A stretch of 43,855 nt of DNA from Candidatus Eiseniibacteriota bacterium (GTDB lineage Bacteria; Eisenbacteria; RBG-16-71-46; SZUA-252), in contig JANMQV010000199.1 in assembly GCA_031370645.1 (NCBI GenBank), positions 1-43,855 on the forward strand. Direction: 5' to 3'. Both the position numbers and the translations under genes were made by a program. Positions 8,524 to 17,074 of this stretch are shown here, in pieces (position 1 is the stretch's first letter; each line of letters begins with the position of its first letter). Below the pieces are notes generated by a model that was given only the letters and a program-made list of their open reading frames with translations, searched no databases and was not told the DNA's origin.

Positions 8524-10791
8524 ATGTCTCCTCCCCGCTCCTTGAAGTCCCGCGGCCCGATCCGCCAAGTCACTGTAATTTTGTTTCTTGTAGCATGGAC
8601 TCCGCTACTGACTACGATCGCGGTCGCCAGTGACTTGACGTGGAGCACCCGAGGTCCGAAGGCGAAGGGAATCGAGGCGATCGCCCGCGACCCCCTTAAC
8701 CCAGCGAGAATGTGGGCGGGGTCCTTCGGATCGGGGGTCTATCGCTCGACCGACGGTGGGACCACCTGGACGGCATCCCGAACCGGACTCGTCAATACGT
8801 TCGTCCGCGCGCTCGCCTGCAATCCCCGCTACCCCGATTCCCTGTTCTGCGGCACGAACGACGGCGTTTGGCTCAGCGTCGACGGCGGCGTAAATTGGAA
8901 CCGGCTTCTTTCGACAAATCAGTCCGTGCGGGCCATCGCGATCCATCCCAGCCGTACCGCCACGATGTACGCGGCCACGTACGGACTCGGGGTCTTCAAG
9001 TCCGTGAACGGGGGCAAGAACTGGAGCGCCATCAATCTTGGACTCGCCAACACGAACGTGCGCGACGTGGTCCTTCACCCCACCAAGCCGGACACTCTGT
9101 TCGCCGCCACGAGCGGCGGGGGCGGTGTGCACAGGAGCTTCAACGGCGGCCTGACGTGGAGCCAGGTTCCCGACACCTCCGCCACGATGGGCGCGGTGGA
9201 ACAGATCTCGATCGATCCCGCCAACCCGCTCTTTGTGTATGCCGCAACGCTCGACCGCGGTGTCCTGAAATCGCCAGACGGAGGCACGACCTGGGTCCGG
9301 ATCAATCGGGGCCTTACTTCGTTCAGGGGGCGTTCCATCGCGCTTGCGGATACGTTCCGATATTTCGGGACGGCCGATTCGGGACTGTATGTCACGACCG
9401 CGTCCGACTCCTTATGGCATCGATCGAGCGTCGGACTTGCCGATTCCACGATTGATTGCCTCTTGGCAGTCGGCGGTTCTGCCACGATCTGGGCCGGGAC
9501 GGGTGTGGCCGGTGTCTTCCGCTCCGACAATCGTGCGACTTCCTGGACCCAACTCGACGGGGGACTCCTGGCTACCGCCGGCTTCGCGCTGGCCGTGCGT
9601 CCGTCGACCCATAGCGTCTACGCCGGCACCGGATTCGGGGATCAATTCTGGACGAGCGCGGATTTCGGCGCGAGTTGGACCCGAGCGGTGGCCCTCTTCT
9701 CGCACGACTCGGAACGAGCCGTCGTTCTCGATCCGATCGCGCCCGGAACGATCTACCTCGCCAGCTATGGAGCCGCGGTCTACCGAAGCGATGACGACGG
9801 ACGGTCGTGGCGCGACCCGGACAGCCTCAGCCTCACGCTCACCAACCGCTTTGTGCGCCCGCTCATCGCCGTGCCGGGCGAATCCGGGCACCTACTCGCG
9901 GGCACGGGGAACGGCGTGTTCGAATCGATGGACGGCGCCCAGACCTGGACGCCCAGATCCACCGGTCTGCCGACGTTGCTCAGTGTGAGGGCCCTAGCGC
10001 TCGGCCCAGGCGCCCCCCTTCGGGTATTCGCGGGAAGCGACAGCAGCGGAGTCTTCCGATCGGACGACGGAGGGCTCACCTGGGCCGCGAAGAGCGTCGG
10101 GCTTCTGTCGCCGTTCGTTCACGCCATCCTCGTGGATGCGGTCAATCCGCTCGTGGTCTACGCCGGAACCGACAGCGGCGTGGTCAAGAGCACGAATGCC
10201 GGTGATTTGTGGACACCGATCCGGAACGGACTCCCTCTGCTGGCGTCCGTTCGCGATCTGGTCCAGGATCCATCCCGACCGCAGGCGATCTTCGCGGCCG
10301 TCTTCGGATCGGGCGTCTACGAAACGCTCGACGGGGGTGCGCACTGGTTCTCGCTTTTCAGCCAATCAGGGCTGGCGAACCTAAACGTCCGCGCACTCGC
10401 GCTTGACTCGGCGCTGCAGACCATCTACGCCGGTACCGAGGCGGGTGTCGCCGCGGCGTCGCGATACCCGATCTCCGCGGTCACGGGGGTCGAGAGCGGG
10501 GAAGGGGTGCCGCTGTTCCGGCTCCAGGCAGCGCCACTCCCCATGCGGCAAGGGATCCTCACGGTCCGCTACGAAATCCCGACGGCGGGAATCGTGGAAG
10601 TGGCCTTGTACAATGTCCGCGGCGAGCGCGTGCGGCTTCTCCACGCCCCCGCGCGCGAGTCGGCGGGCCCCCACACGCTCCTCTGGGACGGCCGCGCCGC
10701 CAGCGGTGCGCGCGCCGCGGCGGGTGTTTACTTCCTGTCGCTGCGAGCGCCGGCAGGCCGGAGAACGGCTAAAGTTCTGCTCCTTCGATGA
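8524..10791 (+). CDS. Secreted Asp-box (BNR/YCF48/Vps10-like) beta-propeller protein with C-terminal FlgD-Ig/T9SS-like sorting domain
   Basis: About 13 S-x-D-x-G-x-x-W repeats (e.g. YRSTDGGTTW, FKSVNGGKNW, FRSDDGGLTW); signal peptide after ATG 8524 (start uncertain); C-terminus YNVRGERVR...WDGR...GVYFLSL...KVLLLR. Confidence 0.85.
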   Translation: MSPPRSLKSRGPIRQVTVILFLVAWTPLLTTIAVASDLTWSTRGPKAKGIEAIARDPLNPARMWAGSFGSGVYRSTDGGTTWTASRTGLVNTFVRALACNPRYPDSLFCGTNDGVWLSVDGGVNWNRLLSTNQSVRAIAIHPSRTATMYAATYGLGVFKSVNGGKNWSAINLGLANTNVRDVVLHPTKPDTLFAATSGGGGVHRSFNGGLTWSQVPDTSATMGAVEQISIDPANPLFVYAATLDRGVLKSPDGGTTWVRINRGLTSFRGRSIALADTFRYFGTADSGLYVTTASDSLWHRSSVGLADSTIDCLLAVGGSATIWAGTGVAGVFRSDNRATSWTQLDGGLLATAGFALAVRPSTHSVYAGTGFGDQFWTSADFGASWTRAVALFSHDSERAVVLDPIAPGTIYLASYGAAVYRSDDDGRSWRDPDSLSLTLTNRFVRPLIAVPGESGHLLAGTGNGVFESMDGAQTWTPRSTGLPTLLSVRALALGPGAPLRVFAGSDSSGVFRSDDGGLTWAAKSVGLLSPFVHAILVDAVNPLVVYAGTDSGVVKSTNAGDLWTPIRNGLPLLASVRDLVQDPSRPQAIFAAVFGSGVYETLDGGAHWFSLFSQSGLANLNVRALALDSALQTIYAGTEAGVAAASRYPISAVTGVESGEGVPLFRLQAAPLPMRQGILTVRYEIPTAGIVEVALYNVRGERVRLLHAPARESAGPHTLLWDGRAASGARAAAGVYFLSLRAPAGRRTAKVLLLR

Positions 10792-10804
10792 CGATGATCC
10801 CGCG

Positions 10805-11983
10805 ATGACCATTGTTCCCGCCGTGCTTCTCGTCGTCGGTGCCGTCTACGGCGTCTGGGAGAATCGCCGCCACCTCGCGAATTTGAAGCGCATTCCAGAA
10901 CGGATTCACGTAAACGGCACCCGTGGGAAGTCATCGGTAACCCGCCTGATCGCGGGCGGATTGCGGGCATCGGGGCGACGGACATTCGCCAAGACCACGG
11001 GGACGATGGCCCGAATGATCCTTCCCGACGGGAGCGAGGTCGATGTCTACCGCGTCGGCCGGCCGAATATTATCGAGCAAACTCGGATCGTGCGCCGCGC
11101 GTGCGAGGAGGGGGCGGAAGCGATCGTCATCGAGTGCATGGCCGTGGCTCCAGAGCTCCAGCCCATCACGGAGGGGCGGCTCATCCGATCAACGGTCGGC
11201 GTCATCACCAACGTGCGCGCCGACCACCTGGATGTAATGGGCCCGAGCGTGGACGACGCTGCACGGGTCATGGCGCAGACTCTACCGCGAGGCGGTGTGG
11301 CCTACACGGCCGAGCTGGAACGGGCATCGGTGCTCCGTGAGGAGGCCCGCCGGCGCGGCACCACGCTATACGTCGTGGAACCGGGGTCCGTGACCGAGGC
11401 GGATCTCGAGCGATTCACCTACGTGGAACACGCCGAGAACGTCGCGTTGGCGCTGGCCGTCTGCGCCCATTTCGGCGTCGATCGGGAGGTCTCACTCCGT
11501 GGCATGATCGAGGCGACTCCGGACCCGGGCGCCCTCCGCCGGTACGTCGTCCACATTGGCACGAAGGAGATCACCTTCGTGAACGCCTTCGCGGCCAACG
11601 ACCCCGATTCGACGCGGCTCATCTGGACCCGGCTTGGTCTCGACGAAGTGGTCCCAGGCGTCCTCCGCATCGTGCTAGCCAATTGCCGGTCCGACCGGCT
11701 CCAGCGGTCGGGTCAGATCGCCACGCTTGTCGCGCGTCAGCTTCCGGCCGATCTCGTGGTCCTCTCGGGCGAGGGCACCGCGTTGGTTGCGTTTCAGGCC
11801 GTGAACCAGGGTCTCGACCCATCGCGTCTCACGGATTGCGGCGCGAAGAACGCGGAGCAAGTCTTTGAACGCGTGCTTAGCCTCGTGCCGTCGCGAGGCG
11901 TTGTCGTGGGGATCGGCAACATCGTGGGTCTCGGGCAGGAGATCGTCCTTCACTTCCAGAACAGGGCCGACCGAGATGGTTGA
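10805..11983 (+). CDS. pgsB: Poly-gamma-glutamate synthase ATP-dependent ligase subunit PgsB/CapB
   Basis: N-terminal TM anchor, IHVNGTRGKSSVTRLI, AKTTGT, IECMAV, ITNVRADHLDVMG, NAFAANDPDST, GIGNI. Start re-called to ATG 10805 (392 aa). Confidence 0.95.
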   Translation: MTIVPAVLLVVGAVYGVWENRRHLANLKRIPERIHVNGTRGKSSVTRLIAGGLRASGRRTFAKTTGTMARMILPDGSEVDVYRVGRPNIIEQTRIVRRACEEGAEAIVIECMAVAPELQPITEGRLIRSTVGVITNVRADHLDVMGPSVDDAARVMAQTLPRGGVAYTAELERASVLREEARRRGTTLYVVEPGSVTEADLERFTYVEHAENVALALAVCAHFGVDREVSLRGMIEATPDPGALRRYVVHIGTKEITFVNAFAANDPDSTRLIWTRLGLDEVVPGVLRIVLANCRSDRLQRSGQIATLVARQLPADLVVLSGEGTALVAFQAVNQGLDPSRLTDCGAKNAEQVFERVLSLVPSRGVVVGIGNIVGLGQEIVLHFQNRADRDG

Positions 11984-12425
11984 ACAATCGATCGGGCTCG
12001 GGCTCCTCATCAGTCTGATCTTCTCGGAGACGCTCGGTATCGCGGCCGGTGGGATGGTCGTGCCGGGCTATCTGGCGCTCATGGTGCACGAGCCGATGCG
12101 GATTGCGGGCACGATTCTCGTGAGCCTCGCGACGCTCGGCGTCGTCAAGCTCATCTCCCGCTACGCCCTCGTCTACGGTCGCCGACGCATCGTCGTGGCC
12201 GTGCTCGTGGGTTTCATCTTCGGAGCCGTTTCGCGGGACCTGCTGATCTTTCACGTCAACGGCACGGCCCTGGAATTTCAAACGATCGGCTTCATCATTC
12301 CAGGATTGATCGCGAACTGGATGGACCGACAGGGCGTCGTGTCGACGCTGAGCATCATGGTGACGACCTCCGTCGTCGTGCGCCTTCTCCTCATGCTCCT
12401 GAACGGCGGGGACATCATCCGATGA
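11976..12425 (+). CDS. pgsC: Poly-gamma-glutamate biosynthesis membrane protein PgsC/CapC
   Basis: 149-aa hydrophobic protein with GGMVVPGYLAL, LVYGRRR, IGFIIPGLIANWMDRQG. Confidence 0.95.
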   Translation: MVEQSIGLGLLISLIFSETLGIAAGGMVVPGYLALMVHEPMRIAGTILVSLATLGVVKLISRYALVYGRRRIVVAVLVGFIFGAVSRDLLIFHVNGTALEFQTIGFIIPGLIANWMDRQGVVSTLSIMVTTSVVVRLLLMLLNGGDIIR

Positions 12426-13546
12426 GTAACACCAAGGTTCCGTCCGCGACGCTCGCGTGGCTGGCGCTCTTCGCGCTTTCGGCCTATGCCTTGGCGGAGC
12501 GATCCGTGGAGCCGGTGCACGCCTCGGCGTACGCGAAGAAGCTGCGCGCCGTCGGACTCATGGAGCGCGCGGAGCAGGTCATCCGAGGCAGGAAGCTCGC
12601 CACGGGCATCGCCATCGATGCCAGGAACGACCCCGACCAGACCGGCGTCATCGGGCCTCAGTTCTCGCTCACGACCACCGATCGCGGCGTGCAGGCTGCG
12701 AAGGCGCTCGCAGCGCATCCGAACTTCGCGGCCGCCGTGTCGCAGATGCTCTTGGAGGCGGGCGTGGGCAAGGACGACCTTGTGGCCGTGGGGATGACCG
12801 GTTCGCTCCCGGGCTTTAACCTCGCGGTACTTGCCTCCTGCAAGGCGATCGGCGCGGAGCCGATCGTCGTCAGCTCGGTCGGTTCCTCGATGTTCGGGTC
12901 CACCGACCCGGAATTGACATGGCTCGATATGGAATCGCTCTGTGTCGCCGCGGGTCTCTGGCCATTCCACAGCGTGGCCGCTTCAATCGGCGGCGGCGGC
13001 GACATCGGACGCGGACTCTCCCCGGCGGGGCGACAGATTCTCCTCGACGCGATCCAACGATCGCACGCGGTCCTCCTCGACAATCCGAGTCTCCTGGAAA
13101 GCGTGAAGTCTCGCGTCGCTCTGTACGACTCCGTCGCTGCCGTACGAGGGAAGCCGATCCGCGCCTATGTGAACGTGGGCGGCGGAGTGGCGAGTCTCGG
13201 CGGCGCCCAGAACGCCCGACTCATTCCGCCGGGTCTGACTCGCCGCCTGGCACGGAGGAACTACCCGAAGCGGGGCGTCATCAACGTGTATGGCGACCGG
13301 CGAATTCCGGTCATTCAACTCCTCGACGCCGAAAAGCTGGCTCACGCGTACTCGATCATCGATCGTGAGACGGGCGCGACCTCCAAACCCGGGAAAGGAC
13401 TCCTCTTCATTCGCTACCGATACAAGTTGTGGGTCGTCGTGGCCGCGGTGGCTTCGGTCCTCTTCGTGAACGCGCTGGTCCTGCGTCTCGACCTGCGGCA
13501 CCAGTTACTGGGCCGCCCCCACCCCGAGCGGAGCCCCGACTTATGA
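12422..13546 (+). CDS. pgsW: Poly-gamma-glutamate system protein PgsW-type (N- and C-terminal TM, large extracytoplasmic domain)
   Basis: DPDQTGVIGPQFSLTTTDRG, HPNFAA, TGSLPGFNLA, SSVGSSMFG, YVNVGG; coupled directly to pgsC. Confidence 0.85.
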   Translation: MSNTKVPSATLAWLALFALSAYALAERSVEPVHASAYAKKLRAVGLMERAEQVIRGRKLATGIAIDARNDPDQTGVIGPQFSLTTTDRGVQAAKALAAHPNFAAAVSQMLLEAGVGKDDLVAVGMTGSLPGFNLAVLASCKAIGAEPIVVSSVGSSMFGSTDPELTWLDMESLCVAAGLWPFHSVAASIGGGGDIGRGLSPAGRQILLDAIQRSHAVLLDNPSLLESVKSRVALYDSVAAVRGKPIRAYVNVGGGVASLGGAQNARLIPPGLTRRLARRNYPKRGVINVYGDRRIPVIQLLDAEKLAHAYSIIDRETGATSKPGKGLLFIRYRYKLWVVVAAVASVLFVNALVLRLDLRHQLLGRPHPERSPDL

Positions 13547-14454
13547 CATTTCGAAGGACACTTCGAATCGGCCTCGTTATAACCGCCCTCTTCGTCGCTT
13601 CGACCGCGGCTCGTGCCGCGGGCTGGGATACGGTCGAGAGCCTCCCCGGCGCGTCGCCGGTTCGCGTCTATGTCAAGGATCGCCCCCGTACCTATTTCCG
13701 CGTGTCGCCAGGGCGTCCAATCGAAATTCCCGTGGATGGGCCGGCGCGCCTACGGGTTGTCTCGCGCTGCCTACTCTCAGCCGGAAACCGCGGATCCACC
13801 ACCTATCGGGTCCGCCTCGCGATCGCTGGAACGGTACTCAAGGAGTTTCGCACCGAAAGCTCGCCGGCTCCCGCCGCTCGTCTCGAGGGCTCCGGAGAGG
13901 TCCTCTGCAAGAGCCGCACGTCGATCGTCAATGTCCCCGCGGGGCGCCAGAAACTCACGCTGTCGATCGAGGGAGCAAACGGCGCGGTCGTGCGAATCCT
14001 GACGTCGTCGCCGCGTCGCGCGGCCGGCGAGTCGTACGTCTCGCTCGCGCCGGTCGCGGCGACGCGAAGCGTGACGCTTTCGGAAGGGCAAAAGATGATT
14101 CCATACTACTCCGTTCTGAACGGCGGACCGGTAACGATCCGCGTCGTCGGCCCGACGACGCTGGAGATCTCGTCCCGACTCGATTTCGACTCGACGATGC
14201 GCGGGACGCAGCGCTACCGGCTCGCCCTGCGTGTCGACAGCCGTCCGTCGCGCGAGGCGGCTTTCGCCACGTCGAAGTCCGCCACCGCCACGTACGTCGA
14301 CCTCAAGAATCGAGTACCATCCAAACTCGACCGAACCGTCGTGCCGATCACGGAAGGTGGGCACGAGGTGACGATCGAGTTGCTCGAGCCGAAGCGTGGG
14401 TCCGTGGAAATCCACGCGCGGATCCCTCGACCTTCCGTGGGGAACGAAGAGTGA
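13543..14454 (+). CDS. Exported hypothetical protein with two internal beta-rich repeats
   Basis: ATG 13543 overlaps the pgsW stop; signal peptide ending ARA; two similar halves (YFRV..GP..LRVVSR..YRVRL and YYSV..GP..LEISSR..YRLAL). Confidence 0.8.
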   Translation: MTFRRTLRIGLVITALFVASTAARAAGWDTVESLPGASPVRVYVKDRPRTYFRVSPGRPIEIPVDGPARLRVVSRCLLSAGNRGSTTYRVRLAIAGTVLKEFRTESSPAPAARLEGSGEVLCKSRTSIVNVPAGRQKLTLSIEGANGAVVRILTSSPRRAAGESYVSLAPVAATRSVTLSEGQKMIPYYSVLNGGPVTIRVVGPTTLEISSRLDFDSTMRGTQRYRLALRVDSRPSREAAFATSKSATATYVDLKNRVPSKLDRTVVPITEGGHEVTIELLEPKRGSVEIHARIPRPSVGNEE

Positions 14455-15584
14455 GGCGATCGATGGCGCGAACCTGCCGTACATGGAGCATTTCATGGAT
14501 CATCATCCTGACGCTGGCGAGCCCCGCCTATGCCGAGAAGAATCGAATTCTTCTCGGGATCGGGCTCGAGTCCGCGTACGACGACAACATTCTCCAGTAT
14601 TCGAACGATCAGATCGCACTCTTTGAATCGGGCACCCGGCCGACCCGTTTCTCCATCGAGTCGACCGACGACGCGGTCTTCCAACCGAACGTCAGCCTGG
14701 CGTATGAGAACGATCGAGGGAGGCGCGGCGGTCGGACCATCCGCGCGCGCGTGACGGGGACGTTCCATTCGAGGAATGGGACGGCCGACAACCGCGCGAT
14801 GAGTCTCTCGTGGCGGGAGGAGTTCGGAAGGAATCACGCGCTCACGCTCTCGGCCTATCGCCTGCCGCGTTTCTATTTGCGGCAGCTCTTCGACGAGGAC
14901 GCGATCGTGCCGTATCCCGGCCTGAGCAAGTATCGCCGCGCCGAGTTCGGTCTGACCATCGCATCGGCGGCGTGGCGCGAACGACTGACGCGCCAGTCCC
15001 GCCTGAATTTCACCTACTCCTTCGAACGCCGCGACTACAACGCCGATTTTAGCGAGCGGACCTCGGACACGCACGAGGGCGGGCTCGGCTTCGACTGGAA
15101 CAACCGCAAGAGCGGCGCGGGGTTTGGATTGTCTGGGGGCTACCGGAGTAGCAACGCGAAAGCCGACGATGGCGACGGCGTACCGCTCGACGATCCGGAC
15201 GTGAGTTACAAGGGCGTCGTCCTGGGAGCGGGCGGAAAGGTAGAACTCGCCCACGGTCGGGTGGGACGGCTTACAGGGGAGACGGACTACGAATATCGGA
15301 CCAGGGACTACGCCTCGAACCGCCCGAGCGATACGAGCCATTATCAACGCAACGATCACCTCCATGACGCCGATGTCGCCCTACGCCTAGCCTTGCCGGG
15401 GCGTTGGAGCGTGCGCGCGTTTTATCGGTACGAGGCCAACAGGGCTTCATTTGCGAGCGCGGCGGGCCCGGCGAGCGACCCCGCGAGCTACACCCAGAAT
15501 CAGGTGGGAGTCGACGTCGACTGGAGCGCCATACTTTGGAGCCGGTCTGGCGCCGCCGAGGGGGGGGGAGGAAGCACCCCCTGA
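14451..15584 (+). CDS. Predicted outer-membrane beta-barrel protein
   Basis: Signal peptide ending AYA; first strand LGIGLESAYDDNI; many alternating aromatic/hydrophobic strands (LNFTYSFERRDY, GFGLSGGYRS, WSVRAFYRYE, NQVGVDVDW). Confidence 0.7.
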   Translation: MRRSMARTCRTWSISWIIILTLASPAYAEKNRILLGIGLESAYDDNILQYSNDQIALFESGTRPTRFSIESTDDAVFQPNVSLAYENDRGRRGGRTIRARVTGTFHSRNGTADNRAMSLSWREEFGRNHALTLSAYRLPRFYLRQLFDEDAIVPYPGLSKYRRAEFGLTIASAAWRERLTRQSRLNFTYSFERRDYNADFSERTSDTHEGGLGFDWNNRKSGAGFGLSGGYRSSNAKADDGDGVPLDDPDVSYKGVVLGAGGKVELAHGRVGRLTGETDYEYRTRDYASNRPSDTSHYQRNDHLHDADVALRLALPGRWSVRAFYRYEANRASFASAAGPASDPASYTQNQVGVDVDWSAILWSRSGAAEGGGGSTP

Positions 15585-16249
15585 CCGTCGACCGCCGAGC
15601 CGCAGTGGCCACAATTCTCCTTCTCGCGGCGCTTGCGGGCTGCAACACCGCGAAACGATTCGGCCCCGGAGCGCTGCCTCTCCGAGCCGCGTCGGCGAAC
15701 GACTTCGCGGTGGAGGTAGAATTCGCCTCGCCGCTCGCGCGGGCGTCGGCCGGAGAAGCGAGCCGCTTCACCGTGCTTGAAGAAGGGAATCCGGCGGCTC
15801 CCGTGGCGATCTACAGCGCGGAACTCGCCGACACGATCTTCGGCCGGGTCGTCCTTCTTCTTCTTTCGGGCGGACCGCTCAACGATGGCGCCCGCTACGT
15901 CGTGCGTGCGAGCGGCGTCCGAGACGTCTTCGGAGTAGTTCAGCCGGATGCCGAGGCCGAATTCCGCGCCGGGCTTCGATACGGCGCCGATCTGGCCCCC
16001 CTCTTGGCGGAGCACTGCAACGACTGCCACGGCCCAACCCGCGCCGACGGTGCGTACCGCACGGACGCCCTGACCAGCCTCCTCGGGACCGGGACCGATT
16101 CGATTCCCAATCTAATTGCCGGGAACCCCAATTGCGCACTGGTCCATAGGACGAGACCGATCCGCTCCATGTATGATAAGGGTATGTTGTCGCCGCTCGA
16201 CGCCGACATCATCCGCAACTGGGTTGTGAGCTACCAGGCTCGTCCCTGA
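15581..16249 (+). CDS. Lipoprotein with Ig-like N-domain and monoheme cytochrome c (planctomycete cytochrome C-like) C-domain
   Basis: Lipobox LAGC; APLLAEHCNDCHG (CxxCH), IAGNP, distal Met in SMY, IIRNWV. Start is CTG 15581 (overlaps the upstream TGA, GGAGGA SD) or GTG 15605. Confidence 0.75.
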   Translation: MTVDRRAAVATILLLAALAGCNTAKRFGPGALPLRAASANDFAVEVEFASPLARASAGEASRFTVLEEGNPAAPVAIYSAELADTIFGRVVLLLLSGGPLNDGARYVVRASGVRDVFGVVQPDAEAEFRAGLRYGADLAPLLAEHCNDCHGPTRADGAYRTDALTSLLGTGTDSIPNLIAGNPNCALVHRTRPIRSMYDKGMLSPLDADIIRNWVVSYQARP

Positions 16250-16335
16250 CCCGGCGGCCGAGACGATCCCTCCGGCATCTAGCGTAAGTTTCGTCGTCGC
16301 GAGCCAATGCGCTGACCGAAGGAGGGAGCCCCCAC

Positions 16336-16938
16336 GTGCAGTACTCCAGCGCCCTACTCGAGACCCTGATCGCGGAACTGACCCGCCTCCCCGGTCTCGG
16401 CCGGAAATCGGCGCAACGGATCGCCTTTCACCTGCTCCGCATCCCGCCCGAGGAGGCGGCCCGCCTCACGCGGGCGATCACGGATCTCAAGGAACGAGTC
16501 CAGGACTGCACGATCTGCGGCAATGTCACGGAGACCCAGCCGTGCGCCCTCTGCGACGACCCCCGGCGCGATTCCTCGCTCCTCTGCGTCGTGGAACAGG
16601 CGATGGACGTCCTCGCGATCGAGCGGACGGGCGAATTCCGCGGCCGCTACCATGTCTTGAAGGGGGCGCTCTCGCCGGTCGACGGGATCGGCCCCGAGCA
16701 GCTTCGACTGACCGAACTCCTGGAGCGGGTTCGCGACGGAGCCTTCCAAGAACTGATCGTCGCCACGAATCCCACCGCTCAAGGAGAGGCGACCGCACTC
16801 TACATCGCGCGCCTTCTCCAGTCGGGGCCGCCCGTGAAGGTGACTCGCATCGCCCGCGGCGTGCCGATGGGCTCCGATCTCGAGTTCTCCGACCAGATCA
16901 CCCTCGCCCGCGCCATCACCGGCCGGAAGGAAATTTAA
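16336..16938 (+). CDS. recR: Recombination mediator RecR
   Basis: LPGLGRKSAQRIAF, C4 zinc finger, YHVLKGALSP, ATNPT..GEATA Toprim, RIARGVP. Confidence 0.97.
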   Translation: MQYSSALLETLIAELTRLPGLGRKSAQRIAFHLLRIPPEEAARLTRAITDLKERVQDCTICGNVTETQPCALCDDPRRDSSLLCVVEQAMDVLAIERTGEFRGRYHVLKGALSPVDGIGPEQLRLTELLERVRDGAFQELIVATNPTAQGEATALYIARLLQSGPPVKVTRIARGVPMGSDLEFSDQITLARAITGRKEI

Positions 16939-16985
16939 TCCGGCCGCGAATAAATCTAAGACGTTGAAAACAGGCGATTTCCCCC

Positions 16986-17014
16986 TTGACCGCCGGGAGG
17001 TCGCTGCGTAGGGT
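16986..17014 (+). promoter_or_regulatory. Sigma70-type promoter for mglBA
   Basis: TTGACC (16986-16991), 17 nt, TAGGGT (17009-17014), with AT-rich sequence upstream. Confidence 0.55.
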
Positions 17015-17074
17015 TCGCCCAACTCCCCCATGGAATCGCGGCGCCGGGGAGACGCCGGAAAGGAGCGGAGCGAA

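Noticed and set aside
8700-10450. Periodic sequence similarity suggesting a DNA repeat array or CRISPR
   Set aside because: The periodicity is at protein level (Asp-box blades) with divergent codons; no identical repeat-spacer array or cas gene is in the window.
16165-16190. Internal promoter for recR inside the cytochrome gene (TATGAT/TATGTT)
   Set aside because: No properly spaced -35 or TGn extension; too weak to call.
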